Shown here: positions 29,204-42,100 of the stretch, piece by piece | Position numbering within the stretch: the first letter of the stretch is position 1 | How the letters are laid out: each line of letters begins with the position of its first letter | DNA from: Octopus vulgaris | Taxonomy: Eukaryota | Reading direction: 5' to 3' | Assembly (NCBI GenBank): GCA_951406725.2 | Contig: OX597816.1 | Location: 34,782,001 to 34,846,000, forward strand | DNA length: 64,000 bases | Notes under the pieces: model-generated | Database searches by the model: none | Told to the model about the DNA's origin: nothing | What the model saw: the letters and a program-made list of their open reading frames with translations, nothing else | Program-made: the position numbers and the translations under genes

Positions 29204-29403
29204 CATTATTATTATTATTATTCAGGTCACTGACTGGAATCGAACTCGGAATGTTGGAGTTAGTAGACCGCGCTCTTAACCACTGCACCATAGGACGAAA
29301 TTTCCCCAAGACGCCTAATGAAAGCGGGAGGGTATATCAGCAGAAACGTTGTGTTTACAACAAACAAGATGAGGACAAATATCCGTCAAATGTAAATAAT
29401 GTA
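28899..29403 (-). mobile_element. Composite element: inverted HHR arms flanking a tRNA-like head and (AAT)n
   Basis: Arms ~28899-29018 and ~29296-29403 are inverted; left arm (minus) CTGATGA-aggctagagggtatatcagcc-GAAACGTT; tRNA-like head 29223-29292 (minus). Confidence 0.85.
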
Positions 29404-30172
29404 ATAATATTGAAAAATGAGAATTTGAAAAGAGAAAAATGAGAAAAAAAAAAAGAAAGAAACTATTTGTGGAAAAGAAAAATTTAAGCGATCTTTTGCA
29501 GATCGTCTTATTGAAAGGTAGGAAGCGATTTACTCCGGAAATGAGGTGCAATTTTTTCCTAAAAAATTGTACAATTAGCAAAATGCTGGAAATTTATTAA
29601 AATGAAAATTTATTTATTCATTTTTTATTTTTCACAATGCTCTAAACATCCTGCAAATTCCAGAGTTACATGTTTATTAATTACAAAGCCGTACAGAAAG
29701 ATTTGTATTCCTTTCTAAATTATGGTAAATCTTTTGTTTTAGGACCAAGGTACACTCGCTTAATTCACTTATGTTTCCTTAAAATTTGAGCGATACTTAT
29801 TAAGTGACTGAAAGATAAAAATACTATTGTGGGTTGAACTAATAAATAAAATGGTCCAACAGAAAAAAATAAACAGATTTTGTCTTACGATGTTATTATT
29901 TACACGAAATTAAACTATTGTCGACAGCATCGAAGCCTTGCCATCGCAGGTTCTTTTCTATGTCTCAGACTCAAAATCGAATGAGAAAATAGTTGAACTA
30001 GAGTAAGATTTCGTTGTTCATTGTAACAATCCATGACTAGTATTCTTTCTCAACGTCTAGAGTTCTGGAAGTTCTTGTAGTACTTGTTATTGTAGCTGGT
30101 TCTGTTGCAACAATAACTGTTGTCGACGTTCTTGGTGATTTTGGTGTGTGTGTATGTGGGTCTATGTACATA

Positions 30173-30228
<56 letters not shown>

Positions 30229-30469
30229 TACACACACACACACACATACACACACATATATATATGTTTTTACGTATGTATGTATGTATTTAATCGAACG
30301 ATGCATTGTATATTGTGTATCTCCCTTCTATTTTCATTTTCATAAATTTAATATATACCCATGTGAATTGTAAAGAGTTTTCTACTAAACTGTGTATCAA
30401 ACAATTAAGCCAGTGAAAACCTGAGTGTTTTCATCGCTATAAGGGAAATCTATTTTCCTTGTATTGGAA

Positions 30470-30507
<38 letters not shown>

Positions 30508-30511
30508 GTGA

Positions 30512-30542
<31 letters not shown>

Positions 30543-30579
30543 GTGTTGTATTTCGGGAGATTCATATATGCACTATATT

Positions 30580-31075
30580 TAATTCAATTCAATTCAATTT
30601 TTATTGGCTCAAAAAGCAAAGGCAAGGCCATGTAGGGGGACAGGGAGTTATGTACAGGGAGGATGGTCATACGAAGAGTTCAGGCCATTTCTGGTCAAGA
30701 GAGACTTTGAACCGAGCGGTCGTCGGCATCTTCACTATCTCGTCCGGCAGCTTATTCCTTGGATCCGCAACCCGGACGGAGAAAGCCCCTCTCCTTCGAT
30801 TGAGATGAAATCGTCGTTGATAGAGCTTTTCGGAGTGACCCCGCAGCCCACGCTCTGGAGCAGGAGTGAAGAACAGCTCTTTCGAGAGGTTACACTTTCC
30901 ACTTTTGATGTTGTGAGCGAGAATGAGATCACCACGGCGTCGTCGTTTTTCGAGAGAATAAAAGTCGAGCGTCTTCAGCCTTTCTTCATAAGACAAGTGC
31001 TTGAGAGCAAGAACCATGCGGGTAGCCAGCTTCTGGACTCTTTCGTGATGACGTATGTCTTTGAGGGGATACACC
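30580..31075 (-). mobile_element. CR1/L2-group LINE 3' fragment with (TTGAA)n tail
   Basis: ERVQKLATRMV...LSYEERLKTL..YSLEKRRRRGDLI...LRGHSEKL...FSVRV; aattcaattcaattc tail on +. Confidence 0.88.
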
Positions 31076-31547
31076 CAATTCGGTCAGGTATGCTCTTTTG
31101 TAAATTTTCCACTCAGAATTGTATAGCTTCTGCTCTGTATTCGTATTGAAGTTGAATTGAGGCGTATGAAACAAATCGAATGAAACAAAAAGACAGTCTT
31201 TGCTGGTTTTATTCTAGAGAGTCAACTCTTATGAATCTTACTATATGTTTAATAATGTGTTTTAGAAGTACGTCAATGAAACTACTAATTCCATGTACCT
31301 CACAATTGCTGTCATATTGGGATCTCTGGCATGTGGCATACTAATAGCTAATGAGGATGATCTGCTATAGGCCTGATTTATGACTTAACTCGTATGAATT
31401 TTTGAAGTCCGTGCATGTTATTGGCTTTACAGTCAAATTATGTCAAGTATTTATTTCCCTTTTCGTTAAAACCTCTGATATTTATCATTATTGTAAATTG
31501 TTGCTAATTTTTAATTTCTTTTATACAAAGTCATGAAGAAGAATGTT

Positions 31548-31850
31548 GAGGCACATGGCCTAGTGGTTAGAGCAGCGGACTCGCGGTCGAGGGATCGCGG
31601 GTTCGAATCTCAGACCGGATGATGTGTGTGTTTATGAGTGAAAACACCTAAGCTCCACGCGGCTCCGGTAGAAGGTAAAGGCGAACTTCTGTTGACTCTT
31701 TCACCACAACTTTTTCTCACTCTTTCCTCCTGCATCTTGCAGCTCACCTGCGACGGACCGGCGTCCCGTCCAGGTGGAGAACCTATGCGCCAAGAAACCG
31801 GGAAACCGGCACTTGTGAGCCAGGCATGGGTCGAGAAGGAACATACAAAA
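31548..31850 (+). mobile_element. SINE family C variant with V-domain-like tail
   Basis: gaggcacatggcctagtggttagagcagcggactcgcgg...ggttcgaatctc; ctgcgacggaccggcgtcccgtccagg. Confidence 0.85.
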
Positions 31851-31859
31851 ACGTAGATG

Positions 31860-32110
31860 AATTACTGCGGAGTTTATGTATAGTTCAGAGTTCATAATGA
31901 CTAAAGCATAACTTCTATCAGCTTCTTTAATAACTATATCATAATCGTCTTCGAGATCTTTGATGATTTCCCTTTCTTTTCGGTTTCCTGTTCGTTTAAA
32001 TTTCAGATATGTTAGTAAATTATTGGAGAAATTGCTTACAAAGAAACTAAACTCTCCAGAGTTTAGTTCCTGCCTTTTTTCCAGACTAGTTACCACTCGT
32101 TTCATGCGTT
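31860..32110 (-). mobile_element. Penelope-like RT N-terminal fragment
   Basis: EREIIKDLEDDYDIVIKEADRSYALVIMNSELY resembles the PLE I.IK.ADKG..VV.M...Y motif. Confidence 0.65.
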
Positions 32111-32862
32111 CTCTGTAATTTTCACTTTTATAAGTCCAAATCTACTCAGTCATGGTTTCTAAGGAAATATGTTTTGTGTATTATAAATGTTAAACGGAAT
32201 AGGCAAAAGGTTAATGGCATTTTGTCCGACGAAATTACTTCTGTCATAAAAGATATTTCTCCTCATTTTATATCAGTTAAGTCAGGCAGAGCTTTTTCAA
32301 ATCGATAAAATAAGGTACCATTCGCGTAGTTGAGTCAATTTAACAGAGCAACCCTTTCCACAAATGCTCAGTGTGTATGCCTATGTTAAAAGAGAATTGT
32401 AATTTGTTTGTCAATGTAGTACGATGTTTAAGGCAGATTTCTTTCATATATTAATCAGGCAGAGCCACCGCTTGGAGGTGTCTTTGCTAGCTACAGGAAA
32501 AATGTATTTTATTTCTGTTTAGCATTGAAGTATTAAGCTCAGGCAATAATATAAACCTTGCGAAAAGTTTTTAACAAACTGTAGTAAGGCAATTGTCAAA
32601 GAGTGCGCATAATGGAAGTCAGGACACTTGCCGAAGGAGCCATGTCGTGGGATGGGCTTCGGAATGAGGAGTTGCCAAGCTAACATCCACCGCACTGTTT
32701 TGTTCACGTTTGTGATACTGCTGTAGAAATAATTTTTCAAAAATATAATCTACTATGCAATATGGGAGATAACTCTTGACGGAGTTCTCTCCCACATGCA
32801 AATATATTTCCAGAGTAGAGAAGATAGGTTATTGGACTTGGGTGTGAGTATAATAGACAAGC

Positions 32863-33165
32863 GTGGAGGCGCAATGGCCCAGTGGTTAGGGCAGCGGATT
32901 CGCTGTCGGAGGATCGTGGTTTCGATTCCCAGACCGGGCGTTGCGTGTGTTTATTGAGCGAAAACACCTAAAAGCTCCACATGTCTCCAGCAGGGGGGGG
33001 GGGGCGATCCCTGTTGTACTCTTTCGCCACAACTTTCACTCTCTCTTCCTGTTTCTCGAGTAACGCTCCGATGGACTGGCGTCCCGTCCATCTGGGGGGG
33101 GGGCATACGCCACAGAAACAGGGAAACCGGCCCCATGAGTCTGGCTAGGCTTGAAAAGGGCGATG
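32863..33165 (+). mobile_element. SINE family C with V-domain-like tail
   Basis: Same head as 23641; cgatggactggcgtcccgtcca; flanked by direct repeat ataatagacaagcg (32850-32863 / 33175-33188). Confidence 0.88.
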
Positions 33166-33744
33166 TTCATCTTCATAATAGACAAGCGGTTCGGCACAAA
33201 AATATGCTACCGAGTCAAAGAATTTCGATCTCACTGCACTGCGCTATTTACGTGTTTGAAATTTGTAATATACACTTTTCTTAGAAGGAAAATTCTGTGC
33301 TAATTACGGTTGGATTTTTTCTACTTAAAATATAGTTGAACAAACTTCAACTGATACTAAACATCACCAACCCGATTACCACAGTTGCATATCTTGAACA
33401 AATACAAGAATTGCATTCCCTTCGTCCTATTCCAGTGGCGATATTGCCGTTAGTAATACTCTGTCCAGACAAATATATGCTTCACATCAGCTTTAATCCA
33501 CTGAAAACTGGAGAAGTGTTCTTTCACTTCCACCAGATACGGGAAATATATGCATTCTGTCCTATATTTTTTCCCACATAATTTAGGATATTCATGCAAT
33601 AGGGTTAGTTTGTTTTACTGATCAAGTTTTGTGACAAAATATATACAAAGAACTACTTTGCTGTCGTCTATTGTTCCATGTATGGTGGTATTATTAACCA
33701 AATATATTTTTTAAATAATTTTTTACAAATTAAAATGGCTGCAA

Positions 33745-33905
33745 GGTAATGGATTCATTAGTATGCCGGATAATAAGCTTTTCAGCATTTCGTCTGCCTT
33801 TACGCTCTGAGATCAAATTCCACTGTGATCAACCTCGGTTTTTGTTCTTTCAGGGTCGATAGATTAAATATCAGTCGATTACTGTGGCCGATGTATTGGA
33901 CCCCC
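33745..33905 (+). mobile_element. Old SINE family B copy
   Basis: gcatttcgtctgcctttacgctctgagatcaaattcc...gggtcgatagattaaata. Confidence 0.65.
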
Positions 33906-34597
33906 TCCCATCACCACACACCACCACCACCACCAACAACAAAAACTGAAAAACCATACGAAAGTCTGAACCCATTATATACAAAATAAATTTTAAATTA
34001 TTTTAATTAAATACTATTCTTGAAAATCCTTTCCATTCAATTTAATAAGAACTTTATAAAACTCAGCATTAAAAAGATAAATACCGCCCACTTGCCGGAA
34101 GAAAATGAAAAGGAAAAAAAATACAAATATTAACAGAATAAATGTATAACACTGAATTTATTATTAATTGAGGGAATCTTCAAAATCTTGTCGATTTCTG
34201 CCGAAATGTATAATTATGTTTTTAATAGTATTGAAATATTTTAAAATCGTTTTAGTTTTCATCATCTTTCTTTCCCTTTGTTTTAATTAATTATTTCATT
34301 AAATGCTTTCGCTGCCTTTCCATACATTCAAGAACCCAAATATAGTAAAAGGTGTTTTCGATTAGATGTATTTAACAATTTTCATTAGGATTTAATATGG
34401 CCATTAGAATCTTTGTTAATTTTTTATTACTCTTAGTATTTCTTCGTCATTACTGATTTTGGAAACGGCACAGCAGCAGCAGGCTGCAGTAATACTGTTG
34501 TTTGTAGTGCTTGTGGTCGTACTAGTGAAATATATTTTCAGTCAACAATACCTTACTATCCTCATCTCAGTCCAGTTGAAGGCTTTGATATGTTATC

Positions 34598-35048
34598 CTT
34601 TATTTGATCACTTGATCACTTTAACCGACCAGTCCGTCAGGCGTCCATTTGACACCGCTTGTCACAGCACGCTGTCCACTCCTCTCTGGATAGCGCCTTT
34701 CTCATCCACGTGATCCCAATCGTCCTCCTGAAATAATAATTCCACCGTCGTGGAGGTCTTCCGGGTGGTCTTTTCTGCTCACGCGGGTACCACTCGACAA
34801 CTGCGTGCGTCCACCGGTTATCGGTGAGCCGGGCGACGTGTCCAGCCCATCTATACTTGCTGCGTGTATACTCTGCGATGACATCTCTCACGCCGGACTT
34901 CTTTCTGATGATCTTGCTACTGATGTGCTCTCTCAACGAGATACCAAGCATTGACCTTTCCATTGCTCTTTGAGCCGTTACCAGTCTTTGCTCTTCTCTC
35001 TTTGTGGTAGCCCATGTTTCACTACCATATACCATTGCAGGCAGAACT
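34598..35048 (-). mobile_element. RTE LINE 3' fragment with (TGATCAAG) tail repeats
   Basis: VLPAMVYGSETWAT...AQRAMERSMLG...RWAGHVAR..DNRWT...RPPGRPPRRW. Confidence 0.92.
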
Positions 35049-35930
35049 TGGAAATGGGACAGTTATCATTTATTTACAATTTATTAATTATAGTTTATTT
35101 CTGTAATTTAATTACGTTTAATTTAATTTGACTGCATGTGATTAAAATATGATATGGAAAGAATGTCATGCACAAATTGCCATAAATGTTATCTATTTAT
35201 TAAATTGTATGATTTTGTTTCCGTTTCTTTTCATCTTCTCTGTTTTCTTTTCTGATCTAATCATTCCATTTCCCAGTTTATTTTGATTAAAAATCGTTTA
35301 ACATTTCATTTGAGATGCTTTATTGCGGGTAGCTTAATTTACAACTGAGGACAGAAGAGAAAAATGGAGAGAATTGGAGCTGTAGAGAACAAAGAAATTA
35401 AAAGAAAAGATTCATGAAAGTGCAAATTATAATATCAGCTGATACAGAGGGTTTCAATAATCAGGAAGATGTATTGAATTAACTATACATGCATTCAGCA
35501 TATTCGTAAAACATTCTGTTTGAACAAAATACTATGGTGAATAACAAAAAGAAATTTTTTAAAAATTGATAAGTGCGTAACCACTCTGGTTACAAACTCT
35601 ATTTAAAGACTTCTCCTTCCAAAACAACATAATGCACATGGGCTAGTCGAAAATATTATTTGCCATCTCTGCGAGCAAAAAACAAAAGAATATGCTCGTT
35701 TCATCAATAGCAACGAAATGGTTAATGTAATTTTTAATTTTATTTTAGTGAACTAATTAGCTATGCAGTCATTCAATTTACGCTTGGATTTTCTTATCAA
35801 ATGATGCAATTTTGCTGGGTGATCTTTAGCTACTAGCCTTTTCAAGACGCTAAATGCATAGGAAATTTTCCGATCTTAAATTTACTTTTTTGGTCATGTT
35901 CTTATATTTGTTAGTGTCAACGTTGTCAAT

Positions 35931-36100
35931 ACATTATTTACATTATTTACATTTGACGGATATTTGTCCTCATGTTGTTTGTTGTTAACACAACGTTTCG
36001 GTCGATATACCCTGCAGCCTTCATCAGTTGTCTTGGGAAAATTTCGAACCTGGGTTCTCATTCCTAAGGTATTTTTCGATGTTGTTGTTGTTGTTATTGT

Positions 36101-36172
<72 letters not shown>

Positions 36173-36395
36173 TATTATTATTCAGGTCACTGACTGGAAT
36201 CGAACTCGGAATCCTGGGGTTAGTAGAACGCGCTCTTAACCACTACGCCATAGGGCGAAATTTCCCGAAGACACCTGATGAAGGCTGGAGGGTATATCAG
36301 CCGAATCATTGTGTTAACAACAAAGGTGAGGACAAATATCCGTCAAATGTAAATAACGTAAATAACGTACATAACTCCTCATCTCTTATATATAG
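35931..36395 (-). mobile_element. Composite element: inverted HHR arms flanking a tRNA-like head and (AAT)n, with terminal tail and 12-bp TSD
   Basis: Arms 35931-36047 and 36257-36368 inverted; tRNA-like head 36183-36252 (minus); TSD aacgttgtcaat 35919-35930 / aacattgtcaat 36396-36407. Confidence 0.9.
35987..36032 (-). ncRNA. Minimal type-I hammerhead motif (left arm); mirror copy on + at 36270-36315
   Basis: gacaa-CTGATGA-aggctgcagggtatatcgacc-GAAAC-GTT-gtgtt; four-arm consensus GACAC CTGATGA A GGCTG..CAGCC GAAAC GTT GTGTT. Confidence 0.65.
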
Positions 36396-36648
36396 AACAT
36401 TGTCAATGTCATCGGCATTCTTGCATAACTTCCTCTTCTACTTGACTACCAAGGTAGTGGTATACATGCAGTTGTATATCATAAAGTCTTTGCTCATAAT
36501 GTTCTTTGTTACTGCTGGCCCACGTCATAATTTGCTAAATCTCAACCTGAAAATATCAGCGATTACTTTTTGTGCTAGTTATTGCTACTGTGGTTAGATT
36601 TTGGGGGTTCTACCCATCATATTGATGTTATTAGTACGAGTACTTCGA

Positions 36649-36882
36649 GGGCGGTGAACTGGTAGAATCGTTAGCACGCCGGGCGAAATGCTTAGCGGCA
36701 TTTCGTCTGCCGCTACGTTTTGAGTTCAAATTCCGCCGAGGTCGACTTTGCCTTTCATCCTTTGCGGGTCGATCAAATAAGTACCAGTTACGCACTGGGG
36801 TCGCTATAATCGACTTAATCCTTTTGTCTGTCGTTGTTTGTCCTCTCTGTGTTTAGCCCCTTGTGGTTAGTAAAGAAATAGG
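36649..36882 (+). mobile_element. SINE family B, full length
   Basis: ggcggtgaactggtagaatcgttagcacgccgggcgaaatg...gagttcaaattcc...taaagaaatagg. Confidence 0.92.
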
Positions 36883-37435
36883 CACTAGGAGTACTGTTCA
36901 CACTTTTACAGGCGTATGCGAGGGTGACGACGATAGCTACGAGGCTGCCTCACACGCCTTACATGCTCCTTCTCTCTTATCTTAGTGGCTAACATCATCA
37001 CCATCGTCATGTCTTTCTGATATCATTATATATATTTTGATATTTATGATTATCATTATGGACGATCATCAGGTATGTCCTCCATTTGTAAGACGCATCC
37101 TTGCACAGCCCAGCTCTTTGACGGAACTGCAGTCCTGGTTCAAGAAAAATTAAAATCATGCACCTGGCGACTGGAGTGGCATCAAGCGATCACTGTTCCC
37201 TACCAGTCATGCATTTAACACTGTCACATCGATCCATTGTTGTTTAGTGTATTTAGAAGAGGACGCATTATTTAGAATGTTGTCGCTAAATCTGTTTAGG
37301 AGGTAATTTTGTCCTTCCTTTTCAAGAGAGATAGAGGTCAAGAAAAAACCTGTATGTTTCACACTTTCATTTTCTGACTGCTTCATGCAAACACAATGAA
37401 TGCAACAATCTATTTGCTCTTTGATGTCTAACATA

Positions 37436-37731
37436 TCTTTATATAAAAGTGAAGTTGTGTGTCTGTCTCCTACGATTTAGATTCCTAACTACTCCCACAT
37501 TTTGCGGTGCAGTTTAACCAAAAGCGGGTATCTTATAGTCGTGATTCATATCGAGCTCTTCTGGGTATTAGCGTGCGTCTACGATGAGTCTACGATTAAA
37601 AAAAAATTTAACATCGTTTTTCCCCATTTTTAATGCATTTTTTCACTATTATATAAGGGAAGTAACTCTCTAAAAATGCTTATATAGTTATTTCCCTTAC
37701 AAACCCGAGCAACGCCGGGCGATACTGCTAG
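37436..37731 (+). mobile_element. Non-autonomous Helitron
   Basis: 5' TC, 3' hairpin cccgagcaacgccggg followed by CTAG, inserted between A and T. Confidence 0.85.
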
Positions 37732-37929
37732 TTGAGAGTAAATCAATTTTGTAGTGGCTGAGACATGCATGTCATTTCACTCATAAAATCGTGTATTTAT
37801 TTCAATTTCATGTAATGTTGTAAAGTAAGAATCAAGCCCTACCATAAATAACAGACTTATATACATCATTATTTTTACAAACAAGTTTCAGTTACTTAAG
37901 AATTCAGACATCTCTGTCTGTCTCTCTTT

Positions 37930-37976
<47 letters not shown>

Positions 37977-38363
37977 CTTTTCTGTACATACACATACATA
38001 TACATACACAGGATACATGTGTGAGTGTGTGTGTGGACAAAATCTACCAAAGTTTGGTAGATAGATGCGCACATGTGTATGTTATATAAGTGAATACACA
38101 CAAATATACACAAACGGTACGTATATATATATATTTAGTGTTTTGGCTGTTAGCTCCCATACTATATTTCAAAGAATATAGGCAATATTCTTTCATATAC
38201 TGCCTATTCTTTACCATTTTCTACCATATACATATTATCGAATATTCTTATCTAATCATAAACGAACACATCACTGAAGTCATTACTTTGCTGCGCTTTA
38301 ACTAAACCAATTTTTTACCTTTTTACAAAATATGTTAACAGTTGAAACCATACAAGGATGTAA

Positions 38364-38782
38364 CTTACTCTTTTTACTCTTTTACTTGTTTCAGTCATTT
38401 GACTGCGGCCATGCTGGAGCACCGCCTTTAGTCGAGCCAATCAACCCCGGGACTTATTCTTTGTAAGCCCAGTACTTATTCTATCGGTCTCTCTTTTGCC
38501 GAATCGCTAAGTGACGGGGACGTAAACACACCAGCATCGGTTGTCAAGCAATGCTAGGGGGACAAACACAGACACACAAACACACACACACACACATATA
38601 TATATACATACATATATACGACAGGCTTCTTTCAGTTTCCGTCTACCAAATCCACTCACAAGGCATTGGTCGGCCCGGGGATATAGCAGAAGACACTTGC
38701 CCAAGATACCACGCAGAGGGACTGAACCCGGAACCATGTGGTTGGTTAGCAAGCTACTTACCACACAGCCACTCCTGCGCCT
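38364..38782 (-). mobile_element. SINE family A
   Basis: Reverse complement of the 25916-26331 copy. Confidence 0.92.
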
Positions 38783-39135
38783 TATAAGTAATCTGTGTAA
38801 ATCGTTCAAAATATTAGAACAGATGCAATGTATTTAGATGTTTCTTTAACGCATTGGATAAAATGACTTGACGAAGACGATTTGGATTACTTCGTTGTAG
38901 ATTCGATCAAATAAAGCAGCAGTCAAGTACTAAATTAATATTCAGGAAACTTTACGCCTTCTACAGAAAACTCTCAAATACGTAACTTTGTACCAGTGTA
39001 ATAAATCAATATTTCATCCCAGACGTCCAGAAAAAGAAATTAAAATTTAAATGAGTCAGGATAGTAAAATACCATATATAACTGAAAATCTTATCTCTAT
39101 TTTCGAGTTAATATAAAAATATAGTCGCTGAATAT

Positions 39136-42100
39136 TAAGGTTATAACTTTTTCACAATGTAATAATCTTATACTGTAATTCGATGAATAATTTCCTAAAA
39201 GTCATGGAAGTAACATTTATTTTGCTTTATTTGAAAAATAAGTCACCCCCAAATTGAGAAATCAAACATTATTTATTACCCAAATCATGCAAAATTCTAG
39301 TATGGTTCATAACGCCTACTCAAGTGTTTACTAAATTTGGTGTGCCAACGCAATGCAATGCAGAAATAGTATATCTGAAAGTTCAGTCTTCTATTTGAAG
39401 TTGCTTCGTAGTTATTGGCTTTTAAATCTATAATCACTAGCTGGCACTAGATTCACACTTCATTATTTCCGCAGCCTAAATCCTTGTAAACGCAAGAGAG
39501 AAGTGGAATAAAATTATATTTATATATTTTTAAGATTACTGCATTGAAATTGCTATGTAAAAGTTCAAAACTATGCTATTTTAAGACATTGGCCTCTACA
39601 AGCATTCGATAACATACATATGTTTTAATAAAATACATATTTTGAACATAATAGGTTTAATTCCAATTTTAAATAACTGTTTAAATAAAGGCTGCAGAAT
39701 GTTAGCAAAATTTTTAACATGACAAAGAAATAATATGTTTTGTTAGATAAAATAAATAGAAGCTGAAGTTTTTCCTTCCTTTTACAAACAGCATAAAGAT
39801 CTTGAAGACACTTGATTGCCCGTTCTGCAATCTGATTTGTTCTAGGAATTTCGTTTTGATGGTTCTCGACTCCAAAAGTTTTTTTTATGAACTTGCAGGC
39901 TATCAGTAAACCAAAAATCTGCCCAGCTGTAAGAAATTAATCGACAAACATAGAGAAGGAAAGCTCTTTTCTCTGGTGGAAGAATACATGCCAAAAGTGT
40001 TTGTATTGCTCGAGAATACCATCTTGCATTACTTAAGTTGGGTAGTTTGTGAAACATTACAGTAGGAAATTTGGTGGTCAAATGAGATAGAAATTTCATG
40101 CCAAATTAGTAATGCTAATTCAGTAATCTTTTCTTCACCATTGTTAAAATTAGCCTTGAGTTTCTCGTAACCTCTTGGGATGAATGTATATTCAATATTG
40201 GGAGATGGCTTCTTTCTCCAAACTCGTTATCCATTACAGCACGAAGAACTGTATCAAGGATATGATGCTGACAACCAATAAATTGCGGTTCTTTGAAGCC
40301 CTTTTGGACAAGCAGTCTTTGCAACTGAATGACTGTGCCGTTTCTTTTCCTAGTGTTCACACTTGTTGTATCAGTGACAATCATTAAACATTTCTATAAA
40401 TTGTTTTCATCTGAAACAGCTGTTATTTCTTTCACAACAGTATCAGCTTTTCCTTTGGTAATACGAGGAATTCTATCTTAACTTCTCGCTGTTCTTTCTT
40501 TAAAACCAGCACGTTGTATTCTTGGTCATTAATACGCTTCCCATCAAAATGCAATGTACAGTTTTCTAAATGTAGTGTTTTCTTCATTTTCCTTTTTAGT
40601 TTAACAGCTTCTTTGAGAGTCGATCTGTAAATACCAGATTGGTAAAGAGTCTGGACATTGATTACATCTTGAAATAATTGTCGATAAACTGTTGCTGTTT
40701 TGGGAGTTGATTGCTTGGAAGATATTACTAACTTGGCTGCAGTACCAGTTTTGCTATACTTCATCCTTTTTATGTGGATTCTTCATCTGACTTTTCGGAC
40801 TCTCTTACTCTTTTCTCTTTTACTTGTTTCAGTCATTTGACTGCGGCCATGCTGGAGCACCGCCTTTAGTCGAGCAAATCGACCCCAGGACTTATTCTTT
40901 GTAAGCCCAGTACTTATTTTATCGGTCGCTTTTGCCGAACCGCTAAGTGACGGGGACGTAAACATACCAGCATCGGTTGTCAAGCAATGCTAGGGCGACA
41001 AACACACACACACATACATAAATATATATATATATATTACGATAGGCTTCTTTCAGTTTCCGTCTACCAGATTCACTCACAAGGCATTGGTCGGCCCGGG
41101 GCAATAGCAGTAGACACTTGCCCAAGATGCCACGCAGTGGGACTGAACCCGGAACCATGTGGTTGGTTAGCAAGATACTTACCACACAGCCACTCCTGCG
41201 CCTTTTGATATTCACTTTCAGTCTCTGCTTCAGTCTTTGACGATGACACTGGATTTGCTCTGGTTGAAGTTGGCACTAAGAACACTTTTCATTTGGATTG
41301 ATGGATAGTTGTGGAACTGGCTGCTTTTCCTGTTGCATACTCAACTGTCCTTTGCATTCAATTTGAAGATAATATAACTTTCTACCCTCACTGCACAGCT
41401 ATTCACCGTTTTCCTTTGTGATGTCAAAAGTTCCCTTCAATGAATCGTATTTTCCTCATTTTAAACATTTATCGCAGGTATTCAGCATTTTTATACTTTT
41501 GCTCGTACATTTTGATTTGATAAATATGGGGAATTTAATGTCTTTTACCATAAAAAGTTACTTCTTTCGAAATTTCCTTTGTTCTTTCATTCCTTTGATG
41601 GTACCTCCAAGGAACAGATAGCGACCGACAATTTGAAGCGTCATTGGTATCCGGCAGTTGTTTTCCAAAAATGCTTTCTAGAGGAACAGGTCTTCTTTAC
41701 CTATGTGAGTCTTGAATTGCACGAGATTCTTCGCCCAGATATTTTTTGTTTATTTGAGTAACACAAGCACATCTCTTATGAGACATTATTTTAAATACTC
41801 TAGTTGGATAAGCCTATTATTTCTGAAAAAAACCCCAGTTAATATAGTCAGAGCTTTTAGCATCACAGAAATAAAAAGGAGAGGTAGAGGATATTTCCTC
41901 AAGTAGAGCTGGGTGGTAACAAATTAAAAATCTCTATAACTCCTAAACTACTTAAACTTAAAAGCTGAAATTTGAGTTATACTGCTTCTGCATTGCATTA
42001 ATTCAGTAAACCAAGTTTGTTAAAAACTTGAGTAGGCCTTATGACCCTCACCCCACGTCTAGAATTTAACATGATTTGGGTCAAATGTGGTGTTGGATTT

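Larger units (their letters stand above)
26491..30147 (+). repeat. Second copy of the local duplication
   Basis: e.g. gtcgtaactt...gagttacttcccctag...acacaagattatgaactgtc and gaagccttgccatcgcaggttcttttctatgtctcaga occur in both copies. Confidence 0.75.

Noticed and set aside
36183-36252. tRNA-like sequence as a functional tRNA gene (also SINE heads at 23641, 25916, 31548, 32863)
   Set aside because: A/B boxes are present but no proper acceptor stem; embedded in repeats
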